This document shows, one piece after another, positions 9,727 to 19,485 of a stretch of 64,000 bases of DNA. The notes beneath the pieces were generated by a model. It did no database searches and had not been told where the DNA came from. It saw only the letters and a program-made list of their open reading frames with translations. Origin of the DNA: Candidatus Krumholzibacteriia bacterium (lineage in GTDB: Bacteria > Krumholzibacteriota > Krumholzibacteriia > JAJRXK01); NCBI GenBank assembly GCA_041484665.1, contig JBGPIA010000003.1:192001-256000 (forward strand), given 5' to 3'. The translations under genes and the position numbers were made by a program. Each line of letters begins with the position of its first letter. Within the stretch, counting starts at the first letter, position 1.

Positions 9727-12700
9727 CGCGTCACCGCGATCCGGAAGAACGACTGCTGCCCGCCGGCACGGATGCGACAGACGTAGAGCCCGCTGCGCAC
9801 GTCCTGGCCGCGTCCGTTGAGCCCGTCCCAGTGCACGTCACCGTCGTGCAGGCCCGCCGCTGCCTGCGGCTCACCGGCAGCGAAGCTCCACTGGCGTACC
9901 GGATTGCCGAGCAGGTCGAAGATGGAGATCTCCACGGAACCGCCTGCCGCGAGCGAGTACGCGATGACCGCCGCCTCACGGCTGGGCACGAAGGGATTCG
10001 GGTAGCTGTGCGCGGAGGCTGCGAGCGCCGCCGGCGAGCGCACCGAGAGCGCTGATGTCACATCGGTGCGCGGCGCGCCATGCAGATCGGTGAGCTGCAC
10101 CGCGACGGCGGTGCCGTCCGGGGCCTGGGCGGCAATGCCGGCGGCGCTCTGCACGCGCAGGGCGAACGGGACGAAGCTGCCGCCCTCCGCCGCGCGCGCC
10201 GCCAGGTGGAAGCCCCGCGCTTGCCCCGGAGCGAGGGTGGCCGTCAGAGCGATGGACGCGGGGTTGCCCGCCACCGCGCTGCTCCAGCGCGCGCCGGAGA
10301 CGTCATCGGTCACCGCGAGCTCCGCGAGCGTGCCCGCCGGATCTGGCAGCAGGCTGCCGCCGGCGTCCACCATCCACACCGACAGGGACGTCCACTGCAC
10401 GGCCGCGGAGCTGCCGTTGGAGAAGCCCAGCTCCATGCGGTCGCGCAGCGCGCTCCCCGCCACGATCGGCCCCTCGCCGACGGCGTCACCCGCCGCCAAT
10501 CGCACGAGGCTGGAGACCGTCGCCAGGGGCAGACGCACGGCGCGCGCCGCGTCGCCTGCGGGCAGCCCGCTGTTTGCATCCAGCGGCACGGTCGCAAGTT
10601 GCAGCACGAGCTGGTCCACGCCTGCGCCCGCGACCGCCGGCGCTTGCAGCGTCCACAGCGCCGTGTCGGCTGCAGTGGCGAGCGTCACGATCGCCACCGA
10701 CCCGCCGGTGAAGGGGTACTGTGGCGGCGGCGTGAGGCGCAGCGCGGACGGCCCGGCAAGGGTGGCGCTCCCAGCGGCCTGGATCCAGCCCTTCACCGTG
10801 ACCTGGGCGCCGGGATACACCTGGCCAAAATCGCGCGCGCTGGCCGGAGCCGCGAGCGCGCCCGCAGCCTCGGCGCGGGCGGCCTGCTCGACGGCGACGG
10901 CCAGCGTCGCGCAGGTCTCGGCCACGGCCTGACCGCTCTGCACATCGGTGGCGCTGGCGACCAGGCGGATCTGCAGCTGCGACGCCGGTGTGGCCGGCGC
11001 CTGCACGCGCCAGGAGGCGGTGTCCACGCCGGCCGCGAGCGCGCGAAGCGGGTCGCCTCCGGGCAAGGAGAGCGCAGGCGGCAGCAGCAGACGCAGCGCG
11101 CGCTGCTGCAGGTTGGGCGGAGCGCTCGCGCTTCCGCGCACCGTGAAGCTCTGCCCCGCGCTCAACCGCAGGTCGGCGGCTCCCGGCGGCGCGACCACGG
11201 CCAGCGCGCATGCGTCGATGCCTTGGCCGCCCTGCACGTCCAGCTGAACGCTGGCGCTGGTCTGGGTCGTGAGCGCGACCCGCGCGGGATCGTTGCGGTC
11301 GAGGCGGTCGCCGGCCAGCAAGGCGACGAGCGTGGTGAGGCTGGCCTGCGTCGGGGCGCGCAGCTGTAGCACGACCGCGGACTGCACTGGCGAGAGCAAC
11401 AGCGGCGCGGCCAGGGGCGGCTCCAGCGTGAACGGCGAGAGCGCCGGAAAGGTCACCTCCACCGGCAGCCAGTCGCCTTGGCCGTCCAACGGCGGCACAT
11501 GATCGAGCGCCACGCGCAGCGCCACGAGCTGACCGGGAGTGACCGCAGCGTGCAACGGATCGGCGCTGCCCGGCAGTGTCACGCTGAACGCGAGGCGAAC
11601 GGGACGCTGGACCTCCAGCGCCTGCACGTTGTCCAAGGGCGCCAGCTCCGGCACGGGCAGCCCGGTGTTGGCCGAGCGCGCGCGCGTGACGCGCGCGACC
11701 AACGTCTCCGCGCCCAGCGCGCTGGTCACCGCGACCTGGAAGTCCAGGGAGTCGACGGCCCCCGCGGCCAGGCGCGAGAGCACGGCCGGCGCCGCGCTGC
11801 TGGGCGGCGACATCGTGCCGGCCACGACCACTGTCAGCGAATCGACGGCCTCCTGGCCGCTGTTGCCCACCGCCACGCGCGCTCGGATGATCTGGCCCGC
11901 ATCGACCTGCGGTTGGGGCGCGCGCGGGTGCAGCGTGCGCGTGGACAGGATGCGCAGGCCCGCCGGCTGCTCCACCGTCAACGGGGTCTCGGCCTGCGCG
12001 GCCAGCCCTGCCCCATCGAGCACGTCCTGCGCGGCCGCGCTCACCCGCGCCAGTCCTCCGCCGGGCTGCGACCCAGCGCGCAGCACGCTGTAGCGCAGCA
12101 CCCCGCGTTGCTGGCCGTCCAGCAGCAGGCCGCCGCCGGCCAGCAGACCACCCGGCGCCGTCACCAGGTAGTCGGCCTGGGGCTGCCCCGCCAGAAGGAA
12201 TGTCACGTCCTGCGGCTGCGGCGCGGCAATCCGCAGCGGCGCGTCGCCAGCGTTGTGCACGTCCAGATCGATACTGAAGGCCGAGGTCTGCCCCGCGGTG
12301 ATGCGGTCGATGGGCGAGAGCGCTCCGTCGCGGACGATGACCTGCTCGGCGATGAGTGCCGCCGGAGCCACCGTCAAGAGCAGCAGTGAATCGCGCTCGG
12401 CGGAGGGCTCCAGCGCCGCCGGGCGGTTCCCGTAGCGGTCCACCGCCGCCACCAGCTGCACGCGCAGCCATTCCGCGGCGCCCGGCTGCGGTGCCGCCGG
12501 AATCGCCAGCGGTACGGTCGCCGTGTCGGTCAACTCCGGCCAGATCAGCGCGCTGTCGACGCGCCCCAGGGCGGAGCGCACCCGCAGCTGCACCGCGTCC
12601 GCGACCCCATCCCCGCGGTTCGCCAGACGGATGACGAGGGTGGCCGTCCCCCCCGCATCGACGCGGATCCGTCCGGGCTCCGGCGCGATCTGCGCGCCCA

Positions 12701-15700
12701 CGGCCCGGCCGGTCAGGCCGTTCAGCGCGACCTGCGGCGGCTGCGGCAGCGGGACGGCCGCCACCAGCGAGTCGGCGAGCAGCCGGCCGCTGTTGACCTC
12801 CTCGACCTGCACGCGCGCGGAGAGCGTCAGCGTGCCTGCCGTGGGCAATGGCCCCTGCGCCACGAACATGAGGCTGTCGGCGCCACCGGCCGGCAACAGC
12901 AGCGTCGCCGATCCGGCCCATGTCGCAGGCGTCAGCGTGGCGGCCAGCGGCCACGCGCCCAAGCCGGCGCGCGCGGAAAGCGCCGTGGCCGGTGGGAGCG
13001 GGCGCAGGCGTACCGTGCTGCCGCCACCATTGCGCACCGCCAGGCGGACCGAGAACGGGGCGACGCGGCCGGCGCTGAGCGTATCGGGCACGGCGCGCAG
13101 GGTCAGCGGCGCGAGCGCCGCGGGCGCCTGCACGAGCACCAGTCCGGATCCTCCGTCGCCCGAGCCGTCCTGCATCCGCTGCTGCGAGTTGAGGTCGACT
13201 GCCTCGACCTGCGGCAGCAGCACCAGCGGACCGGCAGTGGGTCCGGTCGTCAGCAGATCGACGCGCAGCGTGTCGGTCTCGCCGGCGTCCAGCCGTAGAT
13301 CGCCGCCGTCCAGCGCCGCGCGTGCCTGCGCCACGAAGCCCCCCGCCGCCGCACCCCCCTGCAGCAGGTCGAGACGCGTGCGTGTCGGGTCGGGGTCGAC
13401 GGCCAGCGGCGCCTGGCCATTGTTGCGCAGCGCGACCTTGACCAACCAGGGGCGCGCCTGTTGCGCGGTCACGGTGGCCTGGCTGGGAGCGGACGCCACG
13501 ATCTGCAGCGCAGCGGGCTGCTGCGCCAGCAGCGCCCCGGTCGCCAGTGGCAACGACAGTGCGACCACCGTCATGTTCTCGGTGCCGCGCAGCTCGACCA
13601 CCGCCGGCGGCGCGCCCAGCGTCAGGTCCAGGGGCAGATCCAGCGGCGCGAAGCGCAGGACCGTCTCGCCTGGCGGCAGCGCGCGCGGCCCCAGCGGATC
13701 GAGCGCCGCGCTCAGACGCGCGGCGGCCGGCTCGCCCAGGCGCAGCGTGGTCGCCAGGGGGTCCAGGTCCACGGCCGCCTCGCCGGAGTTCACCACGCGC
13801 ACCGTGAAACGCACGCTCGCTCCCAGGCTCACCGGGTTGGGCGAGAGCGCCGGCAGCGCCAGCGCGAGCGCAGCCGGCGCCTCCACACGTATGGCCGCGG
13901 GCCAGCGCAGCGTGTCGGCAAAGGCGCGGCCCAGCTCGTCTCCGCCGAGAATCAACACCAGGTCGAAGAGTCCAGGTGGGGCTGCCGCGTCGACCGTCGC
14001 GGCGGCGAACACGAGCTCGGTGGTGCCGCCGGCCGCCAACGCCATCGGTTGCGCCAGGGCCGCGGCCGCCGCGGCCGCCGCGCCGGTCTGCACGGTCGCG
14101 CGCGTGCGCGACGCATCGAGCGATACCGGAACGCCTCCGTCGTTGCGCACCTGGACGCGCAGCACCACCGTCGCGCCGCGGGAGACGCGCGCGGGGGTGA
14201 CGCCGCCCGCGACCGCGGCCAGCCGTGCGGCGGTGGACACCTGCAGCGGCAGCGCAGTCAGGCCGTCTTGGGCCAGGAAGTCGGCCGTGCCGCTGCGGCC
14301 GGCGACCTGGGCCCGGAAGCCGTAGAGGCCGGGCAGCGTGGCGGCGCCGACGCGCAGCCGCGTGCGGTGATCGATCTGCCCGCCGGGCGGAAGCAGCGGC
14401 AGCGCATCCTGTCCGACCGGCAGGAAGTCCCCCTGCGGCTGCGCGGCAATCGTCACGCTGGTGAGCTGCACCGGCGCGCCACCCACGTTGCGCACGCGCG
14501 CCACGACCTCCACCGTGTCCCCCACGACAGCGGCCACTGGCGCTACGCTCACCGCGGCCACCGCCAGCCCGCTGACGGCCAGCAGCCCGTCGGGTAGCAG
14601 CACCAGCCCCATGATGGGCTGGCCGTGCCCGTCCAGCCCGCCCAGGCGTACCACCGGACGATGCGCGCCGGGAGCGAAGGCGGAGTCCAGGGGCGCCGCG
14701 GCGAACCCCAGCAGCGCGGTGCCACCGCCGGGCACCAGCACGCCGCCCGCCAGCGCCGCGACGTAGGTCGCGCCCGCGCCCTCATCGAGCTCGAAGGTCG
14801 TGCCAGCGGCCGACAGCAGCGCGTCGGCCTGCCCGGCATTGCGCAGGCGCAGCGTGAAGGACACGGTCTCGCCCGGGGCAACCACCATGGGCGCGAGGGC
14901 GCCGTCGAAGACCAGCGCCGCGCGCTCCTCGAACGCCGCCTGGGCGCTGCCGGCGGCTGCACCCGCCACGAACGTCACCGTGGCCACCCCCGCCGAGATC
15001 GGCGCCACCAGGCGCGCCTCGACCTGGCCAGCGGCATCGGTGGCGCGCTGCAGGCCCGGCGTGAGCGGATCGAGGTCGTCGAAGAGCAGCGCTCCCAGCG
15101 TGCTGGCGATCGTCACCGGCGTGCCGGGGGCGACCAGGTTGCCCCAGGTGTCGGTCACCGGCCCGGCCGTGAGCCGCGTCGTCGCCAGGCCGTCGGCGGT
15201 ATTCACGGGCGGGTCGACACCCGGTACGGGGATCATGCCCGCGGGCGGACCGGCCAGCACCGCCCTCGGCCCTAGCGCCCCGCCGACCGCTGGCGCGGGA
15301 TCCCAGGACGCCCCAATCGTGAGCGTGCCCGCTCGCGATGCGGTGACGTCCACGCTGGCCGTACCGAAGGAAAGCGTAACCGGGTTGGGCGCGGTGGCGC
15401 TGCCTTGTGGGGAGAATGTCATGGTCACCGTGCCGGAGGCAGACACGAGATTGCCGGCGGCATCCAGCAGCGCGAGCGTCACGGCGCGGGGGACACCTGC
15501 CGTCAGCGCGCCCGGCGCCGTGGTCAGCTCGAGGGTGGCCGGCGCTCCCGCCGTGCCCGTGACGTGCCAGCGCAAGCTTTCCAGCGCGGCGGGTGCGCGG
15601 TCGAGGATGCTGGCCCGCACCTCGTGCACGCCGGCGTGCGCGGAGAGCGCGAGGGTGGCCTGCGCCTCGCCCTGGGCATCGGTACGCGCGATCCCGTCGT

Positions 15701-18668
15701 CGGGTGGCGGCGTCGCATCGCTCAGTGACGCGCCCGGCGGCGCAGAACGCAGCTCCAGGCGCACGGGCTCGCCGGCGACTGGATTGCCGTAGCGGTCCAG
15801 CACGCGCGCAAGCAGCGCCGACTGCGCGCCCGCCGCGATGACCACGGACGTGTCGGCCACGGCGACGATGCGGTACGCCAAGGCCGCCGTCACGGCGATG
15901 GCCGCGCTCGTGTCGGTGACAGCCGGCGCGGCGAGCAGCGCGGCGGTCACGCGCGCGCTGCCCGCGGCGGTGTCGGCTAGCGTGGCGCTCAGCAACCCGG
16001 AGGAGAGCGCGGCGCTCGAGGGAACGATGGACGCGCCCGCCCCCAGTGCGCCCAGCACGACCACGTCGGTGGCATCGTCGACGCGGTTGCCCGCAACGTC
16101 GACGGCCTCCACCTGCACCGGCACGGTCTGTCCGGCGGTGAGCGTGTTCGACGACGGCGTGAGCCGCAAGGCGGTGATGGCTCCGCTGCGCGTGAAGACC
16201 ACGAGCGTCCGCGTCTCGCGCGCGACGGGAACGCCATCGAGGATGGACAGGCGCAGGCGCGCCATTCCAACCTGGGAGTTCGTGCGCAGACGCGCGCTGC
16301 TGCGCCCGTCGAGCCCCGTGGCGCCGGGAGGGGACTCGAGCGTACCACCCTCGACCAGCACCGCCGTCACGGCGATCCCAGCAACGGCGTTGCCCCGCGC
16401 GTCGCGGGCCTCGACCTCGGCTGCTACCACGTCTCCCGCCACGATGCCGCGGAGCGTGTCGGGCCCGACGCTGACGAGCTCGAAGGCAGCGCCGGGGAGC
16501 ACCACCGTGGGCGGGCCCACGTATCCGCGACCCGCGGCACTGACGCGCAGCCGCAGCGTGAGGGCGCGGGTGACGCTCTGCAAGTTGGTCGTGAACGAGC
16601 CCGCGCCGAGCTGCCCGCTGGCGACGGCCAGTGTGGCGGGCGCGACGGCGGTCGTGTCGCTGGCGAGGACGGCGTCGAGGTGGAACGCTGTGCTGGCGTC
16701 CGCCGCGAAGTTCCCGAAGGCATCGAACCCCACCACCGTCATCGGGAACGGCGCGCCTGCCACGACCGTATCGGGCGCGCTGACGGTAAAGCTCGCCACC
16801 TGGCGGCCGGCGATCACCGTGACGCTCACGCTGTCACCAGCCAGCACGGCTGCTGGGTCCGTCACCGTCAGGGTGTGCGTGCCTGCCGGTCCGCCACGCC
16901 ACCAGCGCTGGGCGCTTCCACCCACGGAGACGGCCAGCGGGCTGACGAAGGGACCGGCGATGGACGCGCAGAGGCCGATGCCGCTGCTGGGGGCGGCGGC
17001 GACGCTCAGCGTGGCGAGGGCGTTGGTGTCGACGTTGCCATGTGCGTCGACCAGCGTGATGGCGAGTTGCCCGAGCTCCTCCCCCGCGCGCACGGGTCCG
17101 CTGGGCGGCTGCAGGCGCACCGCCACGGCTTGGCCCGGCCGGCTGGTCAACACGAGATCGCCGACCGCGCTGGCGGGCAGCCCGGGCGCGACCGCGTCGA
17201 GCCGGTCGGTGCGCCCGGCCTGCGTCGCCGCCCGATACAGGACGTGCACGCGTCCGTCGCCGCCCGTGCTGCCCCGCTGCTGCGCCACGCCGAGCGAGTC
17301 GGTCTCACCGGCGGAGGCCAGCGCGCCGTCGAGCGGATCGGTCACCAGCACGGTGACCTCCACTCCGGCCACGCCGTTGCCGAAGGCGTCGGTGGCACGC
17401 GCGGCCACCGTGGTCACCGAGCCCGCCTCGACGTCCACCGCGCCGTTGGGCAGCAGTGCGAGCGCCGCGAACGGCCCCGGACTCGCCGTCGCGTGGAAGA
17501 CGACCGTGTCGCCGAAGTCGGCGACGGCGAGCAACGTCTGGCTGCCGGCCACGGTCGCCAGCGTCCAGCGCGAGCAGCGCGCCAGCCCACCTTGGTCGGT
17601 GAGCGCGCTGGTCTGGTCCCCCGGAGTGCCCAGATCGGTGTCGGCCGATCCGTCGCCCATGGGCTGGAACGTGACGGTGCGCGCGGCTACGGAATTGCCA
17701 AAGGCGTCCAGCGCACGGACGGCAGGCGCCTGCGACACGGTCGCCGCCACAAGGGCCGTCTGGCCGTCGCCTGCCGCGGCCAGCAGCGACTGGGGAGCGG
17801 CAGCCTGCACGTCAAGCGTGGCGCCGCCACTGAGAGGGCCGTTCTGCGCGGTGATGTGCAGCGTCTCAGCGCGCGTGTCGCTGAGCGTGAGCTGCACCTG
17901 GCCCGAGTCGCCGGGAGCGAACGTGTACGCCGCCGCGCCGGGTGAGGTCGGCACGAGCGCACCCGCGCCCGCGGCGGACCAGGAAATATTGGTGCCGTCA
18001 CCGGCAGTGTCGGTCGCCAGCGCGGCGGTTCCGGCGTACGGCGCGACGCGATTGCCGAACGCGTCCACGGCGGCGAGCACGAGGACGTGCGGCGTCCCGG
18101 CGACGGTGCAGCCGCCTTCGGGCTGGAGGTCGAAGAGCGCCGCGGGCCCGGCCACCAGCGTGAAGGGGTCGCAGAGGGCCGGGCCCTCGAGCGTGGTGCC
18201 GGTGGCGTCGCGGGACTCCAGAGTGACCGTCGCGCTCCCCGCGCGGGTCGCATTGCCCACGCCCAGCAGCTCAATGGTCAACGCACCGGCGACGAGGGGA
18301 GCGCCGGTGATGGCCAGGACCGCCACGCTGTCCTGGACCGCCAGGATCACGCTCGCGGCGCCAAGGCCGCTGGTGGGGCCCAGCGCGGCCGACGCCAGCG
18401 TGAAGCCCGCTGGATAGCCGATGCGCAGCGAGCCACCGGCCTCGATGTCCACCTCCGTCGCGAGCATCACGACGTGGCTCGTGGTCGAGCCGACCACGTC
18501 GCTGGCGGGCGCAACGGCGCCCCCCGACAGCGCGTGCGCTGGCGAGGCCTGCCCCATCGCGAGCAGAGCGATGATGAGCAGTGCCGCCGGTCGTGCGACG
18601 CGCCGGCCGGCCCGCGCGCGCGATGCGCGCCGGAGGGATCGCTGGAGGGAACGCTGCATGCTCGCCAT
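9723..18668 (-). CDS. Giant (~2980 aa) secreted Ig-repeat surface protein (Big/invasin-like + CARDB-like repeats) with FlgD-Ig/T9SS-like C-terminal domain
   Basis: Signal peptide; about 10 DxxGN repeats (AVDAFGN, ALDAFGN, VLDRYGN...) then about 9 xxNxG repeats (LRNAG, VRNVG, VRNDG...); C-terminal HSYPNPF...WDGLNGRGQDVRSGLYVCRI. Start 18668 or 18659. Confidence 0.85.
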   Translation of the reverse strand: MASMQRSLQRSLRRASRARAGRRVARPAALLIIALLAMGQASPAHALSGGAVAPASDVVGSTTSHVVMLATEVDIEAGGSLRIGYPAGFTLASAALGPTSGLGAASVILAVQDSVAVLAITGAPLVAGALTIELLGVGNATRAGSATVTLESRDATGTTLEGPALCDPFTLVAGPAALFDLQPEGGCTVAGTPHVLVLAAVDAFGNRVAPYAGTAALATDTAGDGTNISWSAAGAGALVPTSPGAAAYTFAPGDSGQVQLTLSDTRAETLHITAQNGPLSGGATLDVQAAAPQSLLAAAGDGQTALVAATVSQAPAVRALDAFGNSVAARTVTFQPMGDGSADTDLGTPGDQTSALTDQGGLARCSRWTLATVAGSQTLLAVADFGDTVVFHATASPGPFAALALLPNGAVDVEAGSVTTVAARATDAFGNGVAGVEVTVLVTDPLDGALASAGETDSLGVAQQRGSTGGDGRVHVLYRAATQAGRTDRLDAVAPGLPASAVGDLVLTSRPGQAVAVRLQPPSGPVRAGEELGQLAITLVDAHGNVDTNALATLSVAAAPSSGIGLCASIAGPFVSPLAVSVGGSAQRWWRGGPAGTHTLTVTDPAAVLAGDSVSVTVIAGRQVASFTVSAPDTVVAGAPFPMTVVGFDAFGNFAADASTAFHLDAVLASDTTAVAPATLAVASGQLGAGSFTTNLQSVTRALTLRLRVSAAGRGYVGPPTVVLPGAAFELVSVGPDTLRGIVAGDVVAAEVEARDARGNAVAGIAVTAVLVEGGTLESPPGATGLDGRSSARLRTNSQVGMARLRLSILDGVPVARETRTLVVFTRSGAITALRLTPSSNTLTAGQTVPVQVEAVDVAGNRVDDATDVVVLGALGAGASIVPSSAALSSGLLSATLADTAAGSARVTAALLAAPAVTDTSAAIAVTAALAYRIVAVADTSVVIAAGAQSALLARVLDRYGNPVAGEPVRLELRSAPPGASLSDATPPPDDGIARTDAQGEAQATLALSAHAGVHEVRASILDRAPAALESLRWHVTGTAGAPATLELTTAPGALTAGVPRAVTLALLDAAGNLVSASGTVTMTFSPQGSATAPNPVTLSFGTASVDVTASRAGTLTIGASWDPAPAVGGALGPRAVLAGPPAGMIPVPGVDPPVNTADGLATTRLTAGPVTDTWGNLVAPGTPVTIASTLGALLFDDLDPLTPGLQRATDAAGQVEARLVAPISAGVATVTFVAGAAAGSAQAAFEERAALVFDGALAPMVVAPGETVSFTLRLRNAGQADALLSAAGTTFELDEGAGATYVAALAGGVLVPGGGTALLGFAAAPLDSAFAPGAHRPVVRLGGLDGHGQPIMGLVLLPDGLLAVSGLAVAAVSVAPVAAVVGDTVEVVARVRNVGGAPVQLTSVTIAAQPQGDFLPVGQDALPLLPPGGQIDHRTRLRVGAATLPGLYGFRAQVAGRSGTADFLAQDGLTALPLQVSTAARLAAVAGGVTPARVSRGATVVLRVQVRNDGGVPVSLDASRTRATVQTGAAAAAAAALAQPMALAAGGTTELVFAAATVDAAAPPGLFDLVLILGGDELGRAFADTLRWPAAIRVEAPAALALALPALSPNPVSLGASVRFTVRVVNSGEAAVDLDPLATTLRLGEPAAARLSAALDPLGPRALPPGETVLRFAPLDLPLDLTLGAPPAVVELRGTENMTVVALSLPLATGALLAQQPAALQIVASAPSQATVTAQQARPWLVKVALRNNGQAPLAVDPDPTRTRLDLLQGGAAAGGFVAQARAALDGGDLRLDAGETDTLRVDLLTTGPTAGPLVLLPQVEAVDLNSQQRMQDGSGDGGSGLVLVQAPAALAPLTLRAVPDTLSAGRVAPFSVRLAVRNGGGSTVRLRPLPPATALSARAGLGAWPLAATLTPATWAGSATLLLPAGGADSLMFVAQGPLPTAGTLTLSARVQVEEVNSGRLLADSLVAAVPLPQPPQVALNGLTGRAVGAQIAPEPGRIRVDAGGTATLVIRLANRGDGVADAVQLRVRSALGRVDSALIWPELTDTATVPLAIPAAPQPGAAEWLRVQLVAAVDRYGNRPAALEPSAERDSLLLLTVAPAALIAEQVIVRDGALSPIDRITAGQTSAFSIDLDVHNAGDAPLRIAAPQPQDVTFLLAGQPQADYLVTAPGGLLAGGGLLLDGQQRGVLRYSVLRAGSQPGGGLARVSAAAQDVLDGAGLAAQAETPLTVEQPAGLRILSTRTLHPRAPQPQVDAGQIIRARVAVGNSGQEAVDSLTVVVAGTMSPPSSAAPAVLSRLAAGAVDSLDFQVAVTSALGAETLVARVTRARSANTGLPVPELAPLDNVQALEVQRPVRLAFSVTLPGSADPLHAAVTPGQLVALRVALDHVPPLDGQGDWLPVEVTFPALSPFTLEPPLAAPLLLSPVQSAVVLQLRAPTQASLTTLVALLAGDRLDRNDPARVALTTQTSASVQLDVQGGQGIDACALAVVAPPGAADLRLSAGQSFTVRGSASAPPNLQQRALRLLLPPALSLPGGDPLRALAAGVDTASWRVQAPATPASQLQIRLVASATDVQSGQAVAETCATLAVAVEQAARAEAAGALAAPASARDFGQVYPGAQVTVKGWIQAAGSATLAGPSALRLTPPPQYPFTGGSVAIVTLATAADTALWTLQAPAVAGAGVDQLVLQLATVPLDANSGLPAGDAARAVRLPLATVSSLVRLAAGDAVGEGPIVAGSALRDRMELGFSNGSSAAVQWTSLSVWMVDAGGSLLPDPAGTLAELAVTDDVSGARWSSAVAGNPASIALTATLAPGQARGFHLAARAAEGGSFVPFALRVQSAAGIAAQAPDGTAVAVQLTDLHGAPRTDVTSALSVRSPAALAASAHSYPNPFVPSREAAVIAYSLAAGGSVEISIFDLLGNPVRQWSFAAGEPQAAAGLHDGDVHWDGLNGRGQDVRSGLYVCRIRAGGQQSFFRIAVTR

Positions 18669-18955
18669 GGCCCGCAGTCCACGCGGTGGCGCCCGCGGCG
18701 GCGCGTGATCGCGCAGGGGGTGGGCGGCTCCCCGGCGCGCGGGCAGCGGCGGGACAGCCGATTGCGGGCAACCGCGCACGGGAGGGCAACTTCCGTGCCT
18801 CGGGGCGCGCCGCCGACGCAGCGGCGGGCGGGGCTGTTGGGGCGCAAACGGGGGGGGGCGCTGCCGGCGCCCAGGTGGGCGCTCGCAGCGCCAGCGGGGG
18901 GAGCGTCGAAGACGCGCGGGGCGCGGAACGCGCGCGTAGTACAGCGGCGGGCGGG

Positions 18956-19447
18956 CTAACCGGGCTTGCGCATCTCGTCGAGCTTGCGCAGGCCCTCCAG
19001 CATCAGGTACTCGAGGCTGACGTCCAGGAGGATGTCCTCGTTCTCGGGGAAGATCATGCTGTAGAAGGCGAAGGTACCATCGGTCATCCCCACGAGCTGG
19101 TAGACGACCTCCTTGATCTGGTCGGTGACGGCGGTCTTGAGGTCGGACTCGGTGATCCCACCGCTCTCCACGAGGATCTGGCCGATGCGCTTGCCCCGCG
19201 CCATCTCGGCCTTCATTTTGGCGCCTTCGAGCTGGGACGGCTGGAGGATGCCCTTGCGCACCAGATACTCCCCCAGGCGCTCCATCTCGGCGTCGGTGCG
19301 CGCGTAGATCAGATTGCCCTGGTGGAAGTACACCCGGGCCTTCTGCGACGGGCCCACCAGCACGAGCTTACCCGTCGCTTCGGCCAGGTGAAGGAGTTGG
19401 AAGATGTTCGCCACCCCGAAGAGATCGATCCGGCCGCGCAGGTCCAA
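18956..19447 (-). CDS. DUF4388 (PATAN-like) domain protein
   Basis: LRGRIDLFGVANIFQLL...TGKL...VYFHQGNLIYA..RLGEYLV...IGQILV...GTFAF...LMLEGLRKLDE; TTG start. Confidence 0.85.
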   Translation of the reverse strand: MDLRGRIDLFGVANIFQLLHLAEATGKLVLVGPSQKARVYFHQGNLIYARTDAEMERLGEYLVRKGILQPSQLEGAKMKAEMARGKRIGQILVESGGITESDLKTAVTDQIKEVVYQLVGMTDGTFAFYSMIFPENEDILLDVSLEYLMLEGLRKLDEMRKPG

Positions 19448-19485
19448 GAACGGTCCCCCTCCGGTGGTGGCTGGTTCCCTACCAC

